From: Leptogorgia sarmentosa
Taxonomy: Eukaryota
DNA length: 64,000 nucleotides
Direction of reading: 5' to 3'
Assembly (NCBI GenBank): GCA_964658305.1
Contig: OZ210884.1
Coordinates: 4,278,001-4,342,000, forward strand
In this document: positions 37,101 to 50,875 of the stretch, one piece after another
Numbering within the stretch: position 1 is the stretch's first letter
How the letters are laid out: the number at the start of each line of letters is the position of its first letter
The notes under the pieces: model-generated
Databases searched by the model: none
Seen by the model: only the letters and a program-made list of their open reading frames with translations
Told to the model about the DNA's origin: nothing
Program-made: the position numbers and the translations under genes

Positions 37101-40100
37101 TGGACAGTCGAAAGGGTAAGTATTGGTTATCATCTTACTTCATGTAAAAGGAGCATGGTGAAACATAAAACACGCCTTCGTTAAATTAGTAACTATTATA
37201 TGGGCAACACAGCAATTATACCATCTCATCAGATACAATTATTTATTTCAATTTTTGTCCTCTGAAATGTGGCTATAGCTGGAATTCCCTCCCTTAAGAT
37301 ATGTATACATACAGTAGGTGTATAATTATTTTTATGACAAAATATGACCGAATATTTCCCTGACTAATATCATGTGTTCATGGTTACGGTTTAGACTATA
37401 GCCAAACAACAAGCTCACAGGAAGTGTGGCCAGCAATTTAATTAGCTTGAATAACATGGCATCTCTACCACTTGCTACTTGTACAAATTCTCATAACGAT
37501 TGTCAGCCTTTTCAACGTATATAAAAAATGTACATTAATTTCAATGTAAAGTTTTATTATGCGTTTGTACTGTAAACACAAAGTTTCAAAAAAAGAAATT
37601 TGATCATTGTATAAACAAACAAAAATGTTGTAAATTTTGAAATTGCCGAGAATAATATGCTAGTTATAATATATACTGTATTTATAAATTGTAAAACATG
37701 TCGACTCATCCAGTTGAAACAATACGGTTTGTAATATGTGCAACAAAAGACTGTATTCGGATGAAATATACAAATGAATTTTTGTAAATTTATAAATGAA
37801 ATTTTGTAAAATGGCCATCAACATGCTGTATCCCATGCATTGTATTTATAATAGTCTGAAGACTCGAAGTAAACTATTCAGTGCTGGCTGTAAAATTAGA
37901 CGGTTTCTCAATGTATCGTTTTTCACTTACTGACTTTAAATTTTGTTTGTGTAGCTTCGTATAGTTCATTATAGAGCATGACTGCATGATTAGTAAACTA
38001 AATGGCTACCACTGATCGGTTGCCTTTGCAAATGGTCCAAATCCCTTAACCTTATTCCTTTATTGCAAGCAGTGCGTTTTTATCAATCATTTGGAAAGGC
38101 AAAATGATTGGGTGTAGCTATGTAGTTTTTAGGAGGACATAAACGTGTATCATGGCAAAAAAATATTTAAGCATGCAAGCATTGTATCAATCAATAATTG
38201 TATATTTTTCAAATACGAATAAATCTATATGTGTTTGCATTATTTCCACAGTTAGCGGGGTTTTAACATTGCTTATATGTAATTCTATGTTGTTTTTTTT
38301 GTTTTAATTTCTTTTGTGTAAGCCAGTGTTTGTTTTGTATTATTTCATAGTGCCTTTTAAATGTATACAATTATTTTGATTTATATTGCAAAAAATTAAT
38401 ATTGTAATCTTTTCTGTAAGTATTCCTCCAAGGTAGGTTTTTGCTTCTCTGTCTGCTCTTTGGGTTTCATTTATTACGTTGTGTTTCCTTCGAAATCCTA
38501 CGTTTTCCCTATAAAGAATTTTCAAATAGCAACCGCATACTAGAAAATTAGAGTTGCCAAAAAATTATAATAGATTCACAGAATTCTTGAATTACACCTG
38601 GAAAAGGTTGTTTCGATTATGGCTGTCTCGTAAACAATTGCGAAATTATTTTTGAAATAGAAATTTTCGTGGTCTTGCATTTTTCAAATGTTGTAGATTT
38701 AGATCCTTATTTTTGATTTCTCATCAATATTTTGTTTATAGGTACGCTTTAGTGGAACTTGGTTCTGATGTCTCCGTCAGATTGGTCACCGAGAAATTGC
38801 CTTTGAGGTAAGAATAAGATAAGGTTTTCTAGTTGTTTTTTTTTGCATTGGTTTATTAATTATATACTATGTTTGGCTGTGAAATGTGACGCCAGACGCG
38901 ACTCAATAGCGTCAGACGCGACTCAATTGCGCTAGACGCGACTCAATTGCGCTAGATGCGACTTAATGGCGCCAGACGCGACTCAATGGCGCCAGACGCG
39001 ACTCAATTGCGCTAGACGCGACTCAATTGCGCTAGATGCGACTCAATGGCGCCAGACGCGACTCAATTGCGCCGGACGCGACTCAATGGCGCCAGACGCG
39101 ACTCAATTGCGCTAGACGCGGCTCAATGGCGCCAGACGCGACTCAATTGCGCCAGACGCGACTCAATGGCGCCAGACGCGACTCAATTGCGCTAGATGCG
39201 ACTTAATGGCGCCAGACGCGACTCAATTGCGCTAGACGCGACTCAATTGCGCTAGACGCGACTCAATTGCGCCAGACGCGACTCAATTGCGCCAGACGCG
39301 ACTCAATTGCGCCAGACGCGACTCAATTGCGCTAGACGCGACTCAATTGCGCCAGACGCGACTCAATTGCGCCAGACGCGACTCAATTGCGCTAGACGCG
39401 ACTCAATGGCGCCAGACGCGACTCAATGGCGCCAGACGCGACTCAATTGCGCTAGATGCGACTTAATGGCGCCAGACGCGACTCAATGGCGCTAGACGCG
39501 ACTTAATGGCCCTAGGCACGACTCAATTGCGCTAGATGCGACTTAATGGCGCCAGACGCGACTCAATTGCGCTAGACGCGACTCAATGGCGCTAGACGCG
39601 ACTAAATTGCGCCAGACACGACTCAATGGCGCTAGACGTGACTCAATGGCCCTAGGCACGACTCAATGGCCCCAGGCGCGACTCAATTGCGTACGATGCG
39701 ACTCGTGAAAGATTGTGCGACTCCTGGAGAATGGCGAGTTAAAATGTAGTGCTATAAAATATGTCTTAAATATAAGAATTATTGACCGCAATTAAAATCT
39801 ACCAGGGTTTTATTGATCGTTCACATATTGTGCTCCAGTTTGAGATGGAATAGGAAGCACATTGTGTGAAAAGTTACAAAGATACATATTTGGTGCAGTT
39901 CACTTCTTGCCGATTTGCCGAAAACAAAAAGCTATACTTATGTTTAAAACATTACATGGTCAAACTCCTCAGTATGTACAACAAATGTTAGTTCCAACCT
40001 CGTCCCCATATTCCTTGCGAGATTCAAACGGCAAAGTATTCCGTCCAAAACCAAGAACAGATTACTTGAAGCGTTCTTTTAGTTATAGTGGAGCGTCTCT

Positions 40101-43100
40101 TCATCTAATGTGGCTTATTTTAACATGTAATATTGTCATTCAGAGAAATCAATGGTCAGTCACCGGTCGTGACTCCTGCCACTAAAACACATTTGCAGCA
40201 GTTTGAAGTTACTGCTAGAAAAAGTAAGTTTGCAAAACTATACAATATAATGTGAAAATGCCAACTTACGAAAAGATGCACGATCTTTTTGTAAATGTAA
40301 TGCACTTCTCTCACCATTCGTGTATTTAAGGCTTGTTGTTGTAAGATTGTTTTAAACATTGCGTATTTGAAAGGAAATAAATTATATTCGTGACGGTAAT
40401 GCATGTCGCGTTATTCAACTTAATTTACGCATATTTTACTACTCGACTTCGCCTCGGCGAGTATTCAACGATAATCACCTAGACATCCGTAAATAATTGT
40501 TAAATATCGTTACTTATACTTATTCATATTATGTGTTTGTAGTCAACCCTTCATTAAACAGTCATAATGATAGTGACTCTGGAATGGGTCGCGGTTTTGG
40601 TCGTGGTTTTCGTGGACGTGGGGGTATAAGACCGGGTTTGGGTCGAGCTGAATTTGCCCCTGCCGAAATGGCAATGGCAGCCCCTTGGATGGGTAAGTTT
40701 GCTTGAAGAGAAAAAAATTTGTTTGCCGTATGTTTTTGACGAAAATACTGTTGTGGTAAAAATTTTGAGTTGTTATCCGTTTTGTTAAAAACTCAAAGCA
40801 TTTGCCAGAACAGTATGGTTTTCTTATCAACAATAGACATTAGTCATTCTCGTGTAACATAGCCACTATACTTGTTTTGCATAACTGTAATTAACGTCAT
40901 TGACATTGTGTGTATACTGTATATTGTAAACCTCGAGCCACGTTTGTTATAATCGTTCCGATGAAGAATGTAGACTCGCAAAAAATAGGTATTTTAACCA
41001 GAGAATGTCCTTTTCTTGGCCCCAGGAGCTCCGATGATACGTGCACCGCCACCTGGTATGCCTGGAATGATACCGCCTCCTGGTGATAAGCTACCACCTG
41101 GTATGGGGATTCCTGGTGCTATGGTAGGTGTACTACTTCACAGTACTTTGGTATGATTTAGTCACCTGCATATTTTAAAGGAACCAACGCAGTGTTAGGG
41201 GGAGGGTCGAAAGTCGGATGGCTTTATCTGACTTTCAAACAACTGCCTGGGTTTTTCTACAAAACATTGCGACCAGCAATTCTGATATCGTGTAACTGCG
41301 CTGTTTAATCTATGCCTTCCTCATGTTCCTGATTGAAGGCTTGTCAATTATTTATCAATGTATCGTTTCTGTTGGATATAGGGTGGTCCTCCTCCAATGA
41401 GTGTGATGATGCCTATGCCTGGCGACCCAGGTAAGAACCACATGTCGTGTTATAAACTTTCTGGGAAAGAAACTCGCGCTCGATTCGCAATCATAAAGCT
41501 ACATAATATAGTAATAGAATTTTAAAATTCAATATGTGGCGAGTGTACGTAGGTAGCGGAGAATTACTGTGAGATTGCAGTTACTGCTATATATAGCTAC
41601 ATGTATGGATAATTCCTCCATAAATGTGTTCCATATTCAATTCTCATTGGTCAAATAGCGGCTAAAAGGATTTGCTGTCCAGCTCTGGCACTATCCGAAT
41701 TTGCTGCTCACCTAACCTCTAACGTCATAACAAAAGGCATTTCGATACCAATTTCAAAACGGCGTAAAGCGATAATTGAATAAAACTGTATTTTCGGTAA
41801 TAGCTTATCTTTGAAATCCTTTGGGAAACGATTTCCATTGGACATTCTGTGGGCCTTGAGATTGCTTTCTGTTGCTTTATAAAAGACATTTGTGAGACGG
41901 GAAATTTCCATGTTACATATCATCAGTGCTGGCGCTCGAAAGAATGTCAATTAAGTTTTGATGGAGTTAAATGTTTTGCTAATACTGTATTTATAACTTT
42001 TAAGGTCTTCCGAAGCCTCAAGTTGCCCCTCATTTTAATCCGGCATTTTTCCCACCCGAAGGAGCTCCGGTAGGGAAATTTTACTAGAATGCCATTTACA
42101 ATATTTAAGGTTTTATCCCGCGCTTGCTTTTCACTTCTAACGTCCAAGGCTTGATTATCAGCGCTTCAATATGTGTCCTACGTAGGTAGTGGGTAAGAAC
42201 ATCAGCAAATGGCAAAATTTTACACACTAAAGCAACGATACAACAACTAAAATCTGACATTTCTGGCTCTTTGTGGGAGCTTCCTCGTTGTATCGTTCAG
42301 TTTGTCACTAAAAGTTCTGCTGCTTGTCGATTCTCAGTAAGGAATTTATAATTTGACTTGAACCCAGTCCTAATTGTTGTATGAGAAGAGTCGACGCTTT
42401 GCCCACGGTCTTGGTTTATTTATTATTATAATTAATTAGTTCCATTACGTAATCTTTTTTCAAGCCGGAACAGATGATGCCTGGAATGATGCCTCCTGGA
42501 CCCAGGTAACAATGGGAAAAATTTGCCCCGACCTGGGTTATAATATTCATGAATGTAGCTGCTATATATAATTAAAAAAAAATTGCTATTCTCAAAAGAT
42601 TGTATAGTAATCCCATTTGTACTCCCTGCATGCCGCTGTACTCCTTGACACTGGAATGGCAATCAGGGGTTCTGTTGTATCAAAGCCGTTTAGCTTAAAA
42701 TAAATGCAGGATAGGTAAAAATATCGAATAAATTAATGAAGTATATACTACAAGCAAGCTATCTTTTCAGTCTGAGCGTAAAATTTATGGCTTAACTACG
42801 TACATATTTGAATATGTTTCTGAATTTTTGCTTACCACCTTTCAAGCTTAACGCCTTTGATATAACCGACCACAAGTTTACGATGTACGACCGGCTGTAT
42901 GCTTTCTAATTTGTATTTTCAAAGTTTTTTTTAAAGTTCGGTTGTTTACTGTATTGTTTAGATTTGAAGGTGACTTCATGGGACGTGGAATGCCCCCTGA
43001 TATGTTTGGACAATTCCCGAGACCTGGTAAGTGTCAAAAATACGCCACCATTTTGCGACGCAAAATCCTTTCTGTATGTAGTGGTGTGTGTAAGTCAGTT

Positions 43101-44559
43101 AGATAACAACATTATGACGTACCGTTTGACAAATAGTTCCGACTGAATTGTTCGTGGACCAGTACAATAACATTTGATTTACATAAGGTCTATTCTAGAA
43201 AATTAGAAATTATTAATTGGTGTTGTGACGTTATTACTAGAGATACAAACATTTATCTGTATGGTCGCTAACCACTCGGAAACTGTAAATATATAAATAC
43301 GGAGCAACAATTTTACATGCTCACTGTTTGCCATGTCGAAAAACCCGTGCATAAACAACGCTGCTGTTACTCTGGGTTTTTTCTCGTTTTCCATTCAACG
43401 TTCACGTTGCTCTGAAATTTCACTTTATTTCTTTTTTTTAATGAGGCGAGTTTGACGAAATGACGAGACAAAATCAACTGTTGACCAGCAATTCTATTAA
43501 GAAGGCGATGGTGGAATCTAATGCTGGTATGCAATGAAAATGTATATTGGGAAAATTTGGAAGTATTATGCATGCCGTGACTAATGCGACACGTACCGAA
43601 CTGCTTTATTTTTGAGATAATTGCAAAGCATTAATTCTGGTGCAGTTTTGTATATCCTCTATCGGCAAAAAATGCCGTGGTGGGAAAATGAAAAAAAATG
43701 CATTTTACACCGCACTTTTAATTAAACTTTGTAATTTAACGAAGAATGTACTAGCGAACGGCGAGTTATTCAATAGTTACAAAAATTGGTTTCATTTCAG
43801 GTCAACACGAGATTGCCATTGAGACTTTAGTTCAAGCAATATCAATCATTAAACAGTCTCCTGTCGCACATGAAGAAACCAGCCAGGTAAATATTTGACT
43901 GGTTACATAGCTACTTTAATTCTTATTATGTGACGACTATAGTGACGATTTTGGGGGGGTTTTTTCACAATTGGGGAATTTAAAATCCCTTCGTCTAGTC
44001 GCTAATCTAGACTCTAAAACCAATCGTAGTTTTTTACGCCATTCATGATTGCCGCAGCAAAAAGATTTTTTTTAAATTACTTTTTTTCTTTGCCTCGTAG
44101 TGGTCGATAAGTAGACAGAGAATTATGTTTGTCTTTTTTCTAGATACTTGTTCAGTCTCTACAGGATTGCTTACAAGGCATTGAACAGCAAATGATATCT
44201 AGTTCTGGTAGCGACAGAGCGAAGTAAGTCGCGCATGTAATTTCAGAAAATAAAATACAAAAAAACCGAGCCCGCACTACTGTGGAAGTATTGCTACTGT
44301 AGTACTACCATATATAATGAAACTTTTTTTTCTTCGAGTTTTTACTTCACCTGATTGTCAAACGTACGTATGTGAATGATGATATTTTAGGTCAGCCAAA
44401 CGAGATTCTCGTCGTTATAGCGAGGAAGATGGTGACGGCGACCGTAGACGAAGAAAGAGGAGATCGAGGTCCGGTTCCCGATCGCGCAGCAGACGTTCAA
44501 GATCACGTGATCGTCGCTCCAGATCACGTGAACGTGAAAAATATCGCAGCAGAAGATAG
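34188..44559 (+). CDS. CPSF6: Cleavage and polyadenylation specificity factor 6 (CFIm68/59 family)
   Basis: Exons 34188-34250 ([10 protein letters not shown]), 35130-35213 (DIYED), 36029 or 36103-36153 (LYVGNFTW), 37012-37115 (WTTDQQL...[13 protein letters not shown]), 38742-38807, 40144-40223 ([11 protein letters not shown]), 40543-40692, 41026-41123, 41381-41430, 42005-42069 ([11 protein letters not shown]), 42465-42505, 42962-43026, 43446-43526, 43801-43886 ([15 protein letters not shown]), 44144-44223 ([10 protein letters not shown]) and 44391-44559 (RS domain). Architecture is RRM + Pro-rich + RS. Confidence 0.93.
38889..39705. repeat. 20-bp minisatellite, ~40 copies, in a CPSF6 intron
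   Basis: Unit GC(C/T)AGA(C/T)GCGACT(C/T)AAT(T/G)GC in an unbroken 20-bp register. Confidence 0.97.
39915..40105 (+). mobile_element. Degenerate LINE (L2/CR1-type) ORF2 C-terminal fragment
   Basis: [19 protein letters not shown]...YSLRDS...[19 protein letters not shown] is the typical post-RT tail of CR1/L2-group LINEs. Confidence 0.75.
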
Positions 44560-44678
44560 ACGTTGAACGGTAAGATATTGGAATGGCCAAGCTTTCAGCC
44601 CCCCCTTTAAGTTGAACTGGTGTGGATACACAACCGAAGTAGACATTATGAAAGAAAAAGGCTTCCTCTGACGCCTCT

Positions 44679-44870
44679 GAAGGCCCGTTACACGAGCGAT
44701 TTCCCTGCGATTTCTGGTGCGATTTTCTCCTGGATGTCAACGAGTAAACCAGTCACGAATGTGCAGTTGAGGAAGGAAGACACTCAGCACATCCGTTATT
44801 AATTCGCTCGTTGACTTCTATGAAAAGGAGAAAATCGTAGCAAAAAATAGCTCGTGTAAACCGACCTTAA
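44679..44870. mobile_element. MITE-like inverted-repeat element in the CPSF6 3'-UTR intron
   Basis: AAGGCCCGTTACACGAGCGATTT...AATAGCTCGTGTAAACCGACCTT; a related left end AAGGCACGTTTACACG follows immediately. Confidence 0.55.
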
Positions 44871-46072
44871 AGGCACGTTTACACGCTAAGATTTCTCGGG
44901 CACGACTCGCATTCTGACGTATGAAAAATACTGTTGGCGGCAGCATTCGGAAGCCAAATTTTTCGTTAAAACTTCCCGAACCATGTGATGTGCTTTACTA
45001 TAGTTCTTTACATTTTATTCTGCAGGTTGTGGTGTTTCCTGATCTAATATCTCCACTGGACCTGTCAAACTGATCATTTCACTCTTACTGCTGTATGTGG
45101 ATTTCTAACTACATGAAGACTGTTTTCAAGGACATACATTCATTTGTTTCTTGTAAAAAAATTCTGTGGTTTATTACCAGAAAGCAAAAAAGAAAACGGA
45201 AGAACACTGTTCCAAGTATACTGTATATATACTCAATATACTGTCATGTCGTTGAATTGGCTATTTCAGCTTTTTTTTCATATTTCATTTCATGTGCACG
45301 AATAGAGCTTACGTTAGCTTAAGGAGTAAAAGAGTATTTGTTTGAAATTTTGTAGATTTTAAAATTTCAGAATAAATTAATGACATTTTGAAAGTGATTT
45401 CGTTTTTGTTTGATACTTTAACAACCCCGAAACTTATTCTCCAACCCTGATCCTAAAACCAACCCTATACTTAAGGACAGCCCTGAATAATACAGTGATT
45501 ATCGTTTCGGGACAAAGTTATATGGAAGTAACCAGAAGTTTCGCATATTGATTTGTGGAGCTCTCTTAACGTATTTGCATTCAGCCAATTTGTATGTTAT
45601 TCAAACCGTTTCTGTTATGTTCTAAGCAGGACTCAACTCGCAATTAAAGTTCAACCACCTACAGTGTATTCAATATATTACCATGAGCCAGTTTCGTTCT
45701 TAGTATAAAAATTTTTTCAACCTTTAGCGTAATGTAAATCTGAAAGCCTTCAATACACCCTTTCGGAAAGCGTACGAAATCGAGGTTGAATTGCCAAACC
45801 TTATTAGCAAGCGGCACAGTACCATTCTCTGCCATCTACATTTACATTTTTATTAAAATAAAGACTAAATTGGAATTGTTAATAATTAAAGTCTAGCGAT
45901 TTTGCTTCGTTCTAAAGTTTGCTGACTTTATCCTTTCCGAAATGCATGCGTTTCAATTTTTTCTCAAAATATGGATTAATTACTAAGTTATTTACAAGCA
46001 TTTAGTCAGAGCACTTAATTTAATTTTACTTGAAATTGATTATTCCAATCGGGATATGTATACATCAAATTC

Positions 46073-49000
46073 TCAGTAAATTTGCACTCTGTTATTTCCC
46101 CAGTCAGCGACATAAACGACATCATTCTCGTCCACTGCGAGACCCTGAGGTGACTTCACCCTATCTTCAGGGCTGCATTCAAGCCATCCAAGGCAACTCA
46201 CAAAACATCCATCAGCACGAAACGTCTGAACGCGATTGTTACACGAGTCAGCTACGATGATATCACCGTTTCCCTTAACCGCAATACCAGTTGGCCAGCA
46301 GAATTCGCCATTGCCTTGACCTGACAGGCCAAACTTGAAAAGAAATTGTCCGGTATTGGTGAAAACCTGAACTCGATCATTTCCTAAATCACTAACTAAA
46401 ACGTGATTGCTCTTGTTTGCTGTGACATAACATGGGTTAATAAATTCCTTGTCCCCAGACCCCACACTGCCAAATTCAGTGACGACGTCGCCATGTTTGT
46501 TGTAAATTCTCACTTTACTCTTCTCGTGTTCAAGTGTGATAATGTTGTCGTCTTCGTCAAATGCGACGTCGTACGGTTTAAATTGTTCGTCATTGTCCCC
46601 ATGACAACTGATGCTTCGCATGTACTTGCAGTCGTTGTCAAATATCTGAAAATGAAATGAAGGATCGTTTGAATCATGGGGATTTCGTCATGCCTTTTTA
46701 ACATACACCTTATAATAGGAAATTAACCATGCACTGTATTGACGCAACATATAAATTAGCGAGCATCATCGCCAGCCAATCAAGTTGCTTTTTTCTCTGT
46801 TTGCACTAACAAATTCGCCTAATGGAAATCGGGCTTCTCAAAGCAAAGCGCTACGGGCTACTTTTCGAAATGTGGTAACGCATTTCCGCGCTTAATGCAA
46901 AAGTTTATACAAAATTCACGAACTTCGCATGACTGTTTTACCATATTTTGCAACCAAATTTCACAATTTCACTAAATTCAGGATGCTCTTTCTGTTTAAC
47001 AATTAGACAACGAGGCCGACTTGTCTAATTGTTTTAGTATACACCCTATGCTCAGGATTATTATATCGCGAAAATTCTTCAGAAACCTCAGCAATACGCG
47101 AGTTTTCTGCAGTAGCCATATTGTTTTCCTTTGTTTTTCCGCGTACCATGGTCTATCACGGAATATAGACAACGTTAACGACTGAGTAGCCAATCAGAAA
47201 ATAACATTTGTAATAGACGATGGTTTGGTGTATACTAAAAACATTATTAGTGACGATATACAATGTATATACCTGTATCCTGCCATTTCCAGTATCAGCG
47301 ACGATGATCTCACCTCGCTTCGTAACCGCTACACCATGTGGAAAATTAAACTGACTGTTCTCACTTCCCAAACTGCCAAACATTCGCAAAAACCTACCTG
47401 TCTTATCAAATATCTAAAAGAGAAAATAGATCACATAAACAAACAGTAGTAAGCATTTTTCTGCTATATTCACGTCCACGTTTTTGGTACGTTTTGAATG
47501 CATAGTTAACAATGCAAAACCTAATTTGGTCACGTATTTTTTTTTACTTTTAACTTTTATGTCCAGTGGATGATGTGCTACTAATGTCATAAAACTTTGA
47601 TACATGTTCTAATGGTTGGATTTTTCGCGTTTATTACCCATTATTACCTGAATTCGATGACATTTTGAATCTGTCACTACTATTTGTCCATCTTTGCCTA
47701 TAGCAATCCCATGAACATCCCAAAGTTCCCCTGGCTTCTTCGGATTGCGCTTTACACTGCGTGTTGACGTCGCCGGTGGAGAACCGTTGATGGGCGATAA
47801 GGCAGGCTTTCCAACGAGAACTTCAATTGGAGATCCTGAGACTGGCACTCCGTCAAGGGTGATTACTACACTGTGGGCACCAAGCCTCTCCGACTGAAAA
47901 TCCGCGCCGTAATTGCCTGGATTGTCTAGGAAAGCAAAGGAAATTATGGCATCTAGTTCTAGCTCGGGATGATAAAATGCTACTGACAACTTCTGGTTAT
48001 ATACAAAATTTAATCCAAAGAACAATCAAGGAAATTATGCTTGCACTGGCATATCGCACTTGATCAAATTAAACTGGGCATCACACACTTCGAAGTTACT
48101 TTCTTATTCGTGGAGAGAGAAAGTTCCGGGTTAAATAATTTTTAGCACGAAGCAAACTATTTGTGAAATTTTTGGTAACAATAATCCCGCCACCCCCCTT
48201 CCACGTCAACGTACGTAATTTTTCCACAAGAAAATTAAAGCTAAAAAATTGTACGATAAAACTCGCTATATCAAAGGCCCACACAGACTGGAATTGGTAC
48301 CGCGACGCTCGATTTTTCAGTATTCAGAACCAAACCGATAATTCCTTCTGATTTTCTAACATGATTTCATATATCGGCAAAATTTTCAACTCATTAGGTT
48401 CAGACAGCTTCCTCGATTTGTCTTTCTTGCTGGTAACTTTTGCAGCTTTTCAAAAGCTGAAAAATCGCGTCTGTGCGGACCTTGACGAACTTTCCCTTTG
48501 AGCAGGCATGACATGAAGAATGATCTATTGCAGATTTTCATGGAATTTCAAATGTTATGACTTTACCTCTTTCTTTCTTCACGGGAGTGAGCTGTTCACC
48601 ACCTGGACCGCGTATATCCACACTTATCCCCTTCAGATCCGGGGAAGGTTCAGAAATTGCGATGCTCAAATTTTCAAAGTCGTTCAAATCACGCACGCAA
48701 CCGTTGATAACGAGATTTCCGTTCACTTCAAGATAGCCCAGAGATGTTCTCACCATCCGCTGCCCTTTTCGTGTTTCTCTCACGTGCTTTAGATTATTAT
48801 CTTCCACGGGATCATGGGAAATTTTCTTACTTTTTAAAACCTTCAGCCTGTCGCTTATTGGCTCTCTGAGCTGATAAAGTTCCACCTGGCGAAACAACGA
48901 CCATTATCAGAATTAATAAACTGCAAAAGTTTATATTTAAAGCACGTTAATTTCTAACTACAATAACTAGGAAAGTCGCCAATGAAAGGCTAACGAGTGA

Positions 49001-50875
49001 ACCATCCTATTAATACACAATCTTTTGAATTAGGAAAATATTTATTGGTATAGCAGCATCATAAATTTAGTAACATTTTGGAGATATTTTTATAAAATAT
49101 ACCATGTGAAGTTCGTATACTTTTATACTAAAGGCTGAAAAGCCGAATAGGGGAAGGATCAATTGAAAATATAGGCTGATGACAAATTACAGAAAAGACG
49201 AGGATTTTTTACGAGTATTCAAAATGCCCCAAGCACCAAAATTCTTATTGTCACTCTGAAAATATAACATTTGATAATCTTGAGCTCGATGTTTTGGCGC
49301 CCCATACCTCACGATCGACATTCTAGTCATTCGAGCGTAACTAGTTAAATCCTTACCTCACTCAAATACTTCAGAGAATGTTCAGCATAAACCTTTCCAT
49401 ACTCGAATGTCTCGAGGATGTCTTGCAGAGCTTTCGTCTGTTTTTTTAGGCCATGAAACTTTCTACTTTGAATACGGTCTATTTCGGTGATCATCTCCTC
49501 TTCGGCCAAACGGATATGTCGCACCATCTCTGTGGCTGTATTATGCACGCTGGTTTTTAGTCCAGTTATACTTGCTGTAATAAGGTCAGTGGTGGCGCTA
49601 ACATCATCAAGCGCCTTTTCGGTCTTCGCCACCTTTGACTGGATTTTTGTCGTGAGGTTTTTTAGCATATCCACAATTTCTCTTACAGTGCTTGACTGCT
49701 CCACGTATTTAAACTTGTGACTTTTGTGCAGTACAACCGTACATTCACGACACACAATTTGTTTACATTTCTCGCAAAAGTACCTGGTCGAAAAAGAATG
49801 GAATACGTTTTCATGTATTGAAGCTACTGGGAAGAAAATCTTTGATTGTAAGATGCCACCCAAAACATATAAATTCGGACTGACAAATTGAATATATATA
49901 TACTCATTCTCAATCTCTCTTATTGCTAAATTCTGATCCTACGATCTAGTATACTGGTTAAAGTGGAAAATACCAACGTGGAATCATTCAACCCGTTCCA
50001 ATTTGCTGCAAAAGTTGGCCCACTTTCGATATTATATAGCTTTTTCGAAACCCTATCTAGAGTCCTGGTGTTCAAGTTAATCCAACCCTATATAGTTTTA
50101 CTGTTACGCGTTTTCACACGTACGTGTACGAACGTAAAAATATAAATCCCTCTATATTTCATTTTATTAATAAAATACCTTTAGAAACACATACTACATC
50201 ATTCAAAGTATGAGATGCTTTACATTTATTCATGTGACTGTATGGAAACTAACGTTAAAATAAATTTCAATTTTCACGTGCGTACACGTACGTAAAAAAA
50301 CACGTAGCTATAACTGGAAAGCAGCTTTTGGTTACATTAATCCGACTTTTGACAAAAAAGACGACAAATCCATATAAACCGCGGCTTTCAAATAAATACC
50401 TCAATTCCTCGTTGGGATGCTCTTCACAGTATAAACTACGATGAGAAATTTGTTCGTCTTCTTTCGTATAATCCTGGAGCGTGATGATTTCGTGATCTCG
50501 TGTCTGTCTCATACGACGATGTATAGCGGAGCATTCGCTACACAAGAATTCGCTGCAGTTTAAACATCTGTCCACCGCTTCCTCCGTCTCCGTGCTGCAG
50601 CTAGAGCACAATGTACGTTCTTCGTCTCCAGTTCTGCCTTGAGAAATTAGCGACTCACCCAACACATCTTTCGGGAGATTTGGAACCGCCTTCAAACCGT
50701 GGTTTTCAGAACATGACGGACAAATCAGATCTTCATCTTCGTTGACGAATTTCAGGAGGCAGGCAGTACAGAAGGAGTGAAGGCAAGGCAAAAGCCGTGG
50801 ATCTTTGAGGAGCTTCTTACAGAATGTACAAACCGTTTGTTCTTTCATTCTCGTGTTGTCAGCCATTGCTTGCAT
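46073..50875 (-). CDS. TRIM-NHL E3 ligase (RING, 2 B-boxes, coiled coil, filamin, NHL repeats; TRIM2/3/71-like)
   Basis: Exons 50875-50400 (RING CTFC..LPCLHSFCTAC..CPSC; B-box1), 49783-49357 (B-box2, coiled coil), 48885-48567, 47925-47648 (filamin ..GSP; first NHL), 47413-47273 and 46645-46073 (NHL repeats such as F.WPTGIAV..G.IIVADS.NNRVQ). Phases are compatible. Confidence 0.92.

Noticed and set aside
38889..39705. CRISPR-like array, and ORF 39307-39495
   Set aside because: Head-to-tail repeats with no unique spacers, in a eukaryotic intron with no cas genes. The ORF is only the repeat's translation.
48538..48566. Apparent premature stop in TRIM (ITFEIP*)
   Set aside because: Intronic: the donor at 48567/48566 (G|GTAAAG) splices in phase to 47925 and restores the filamin domain.
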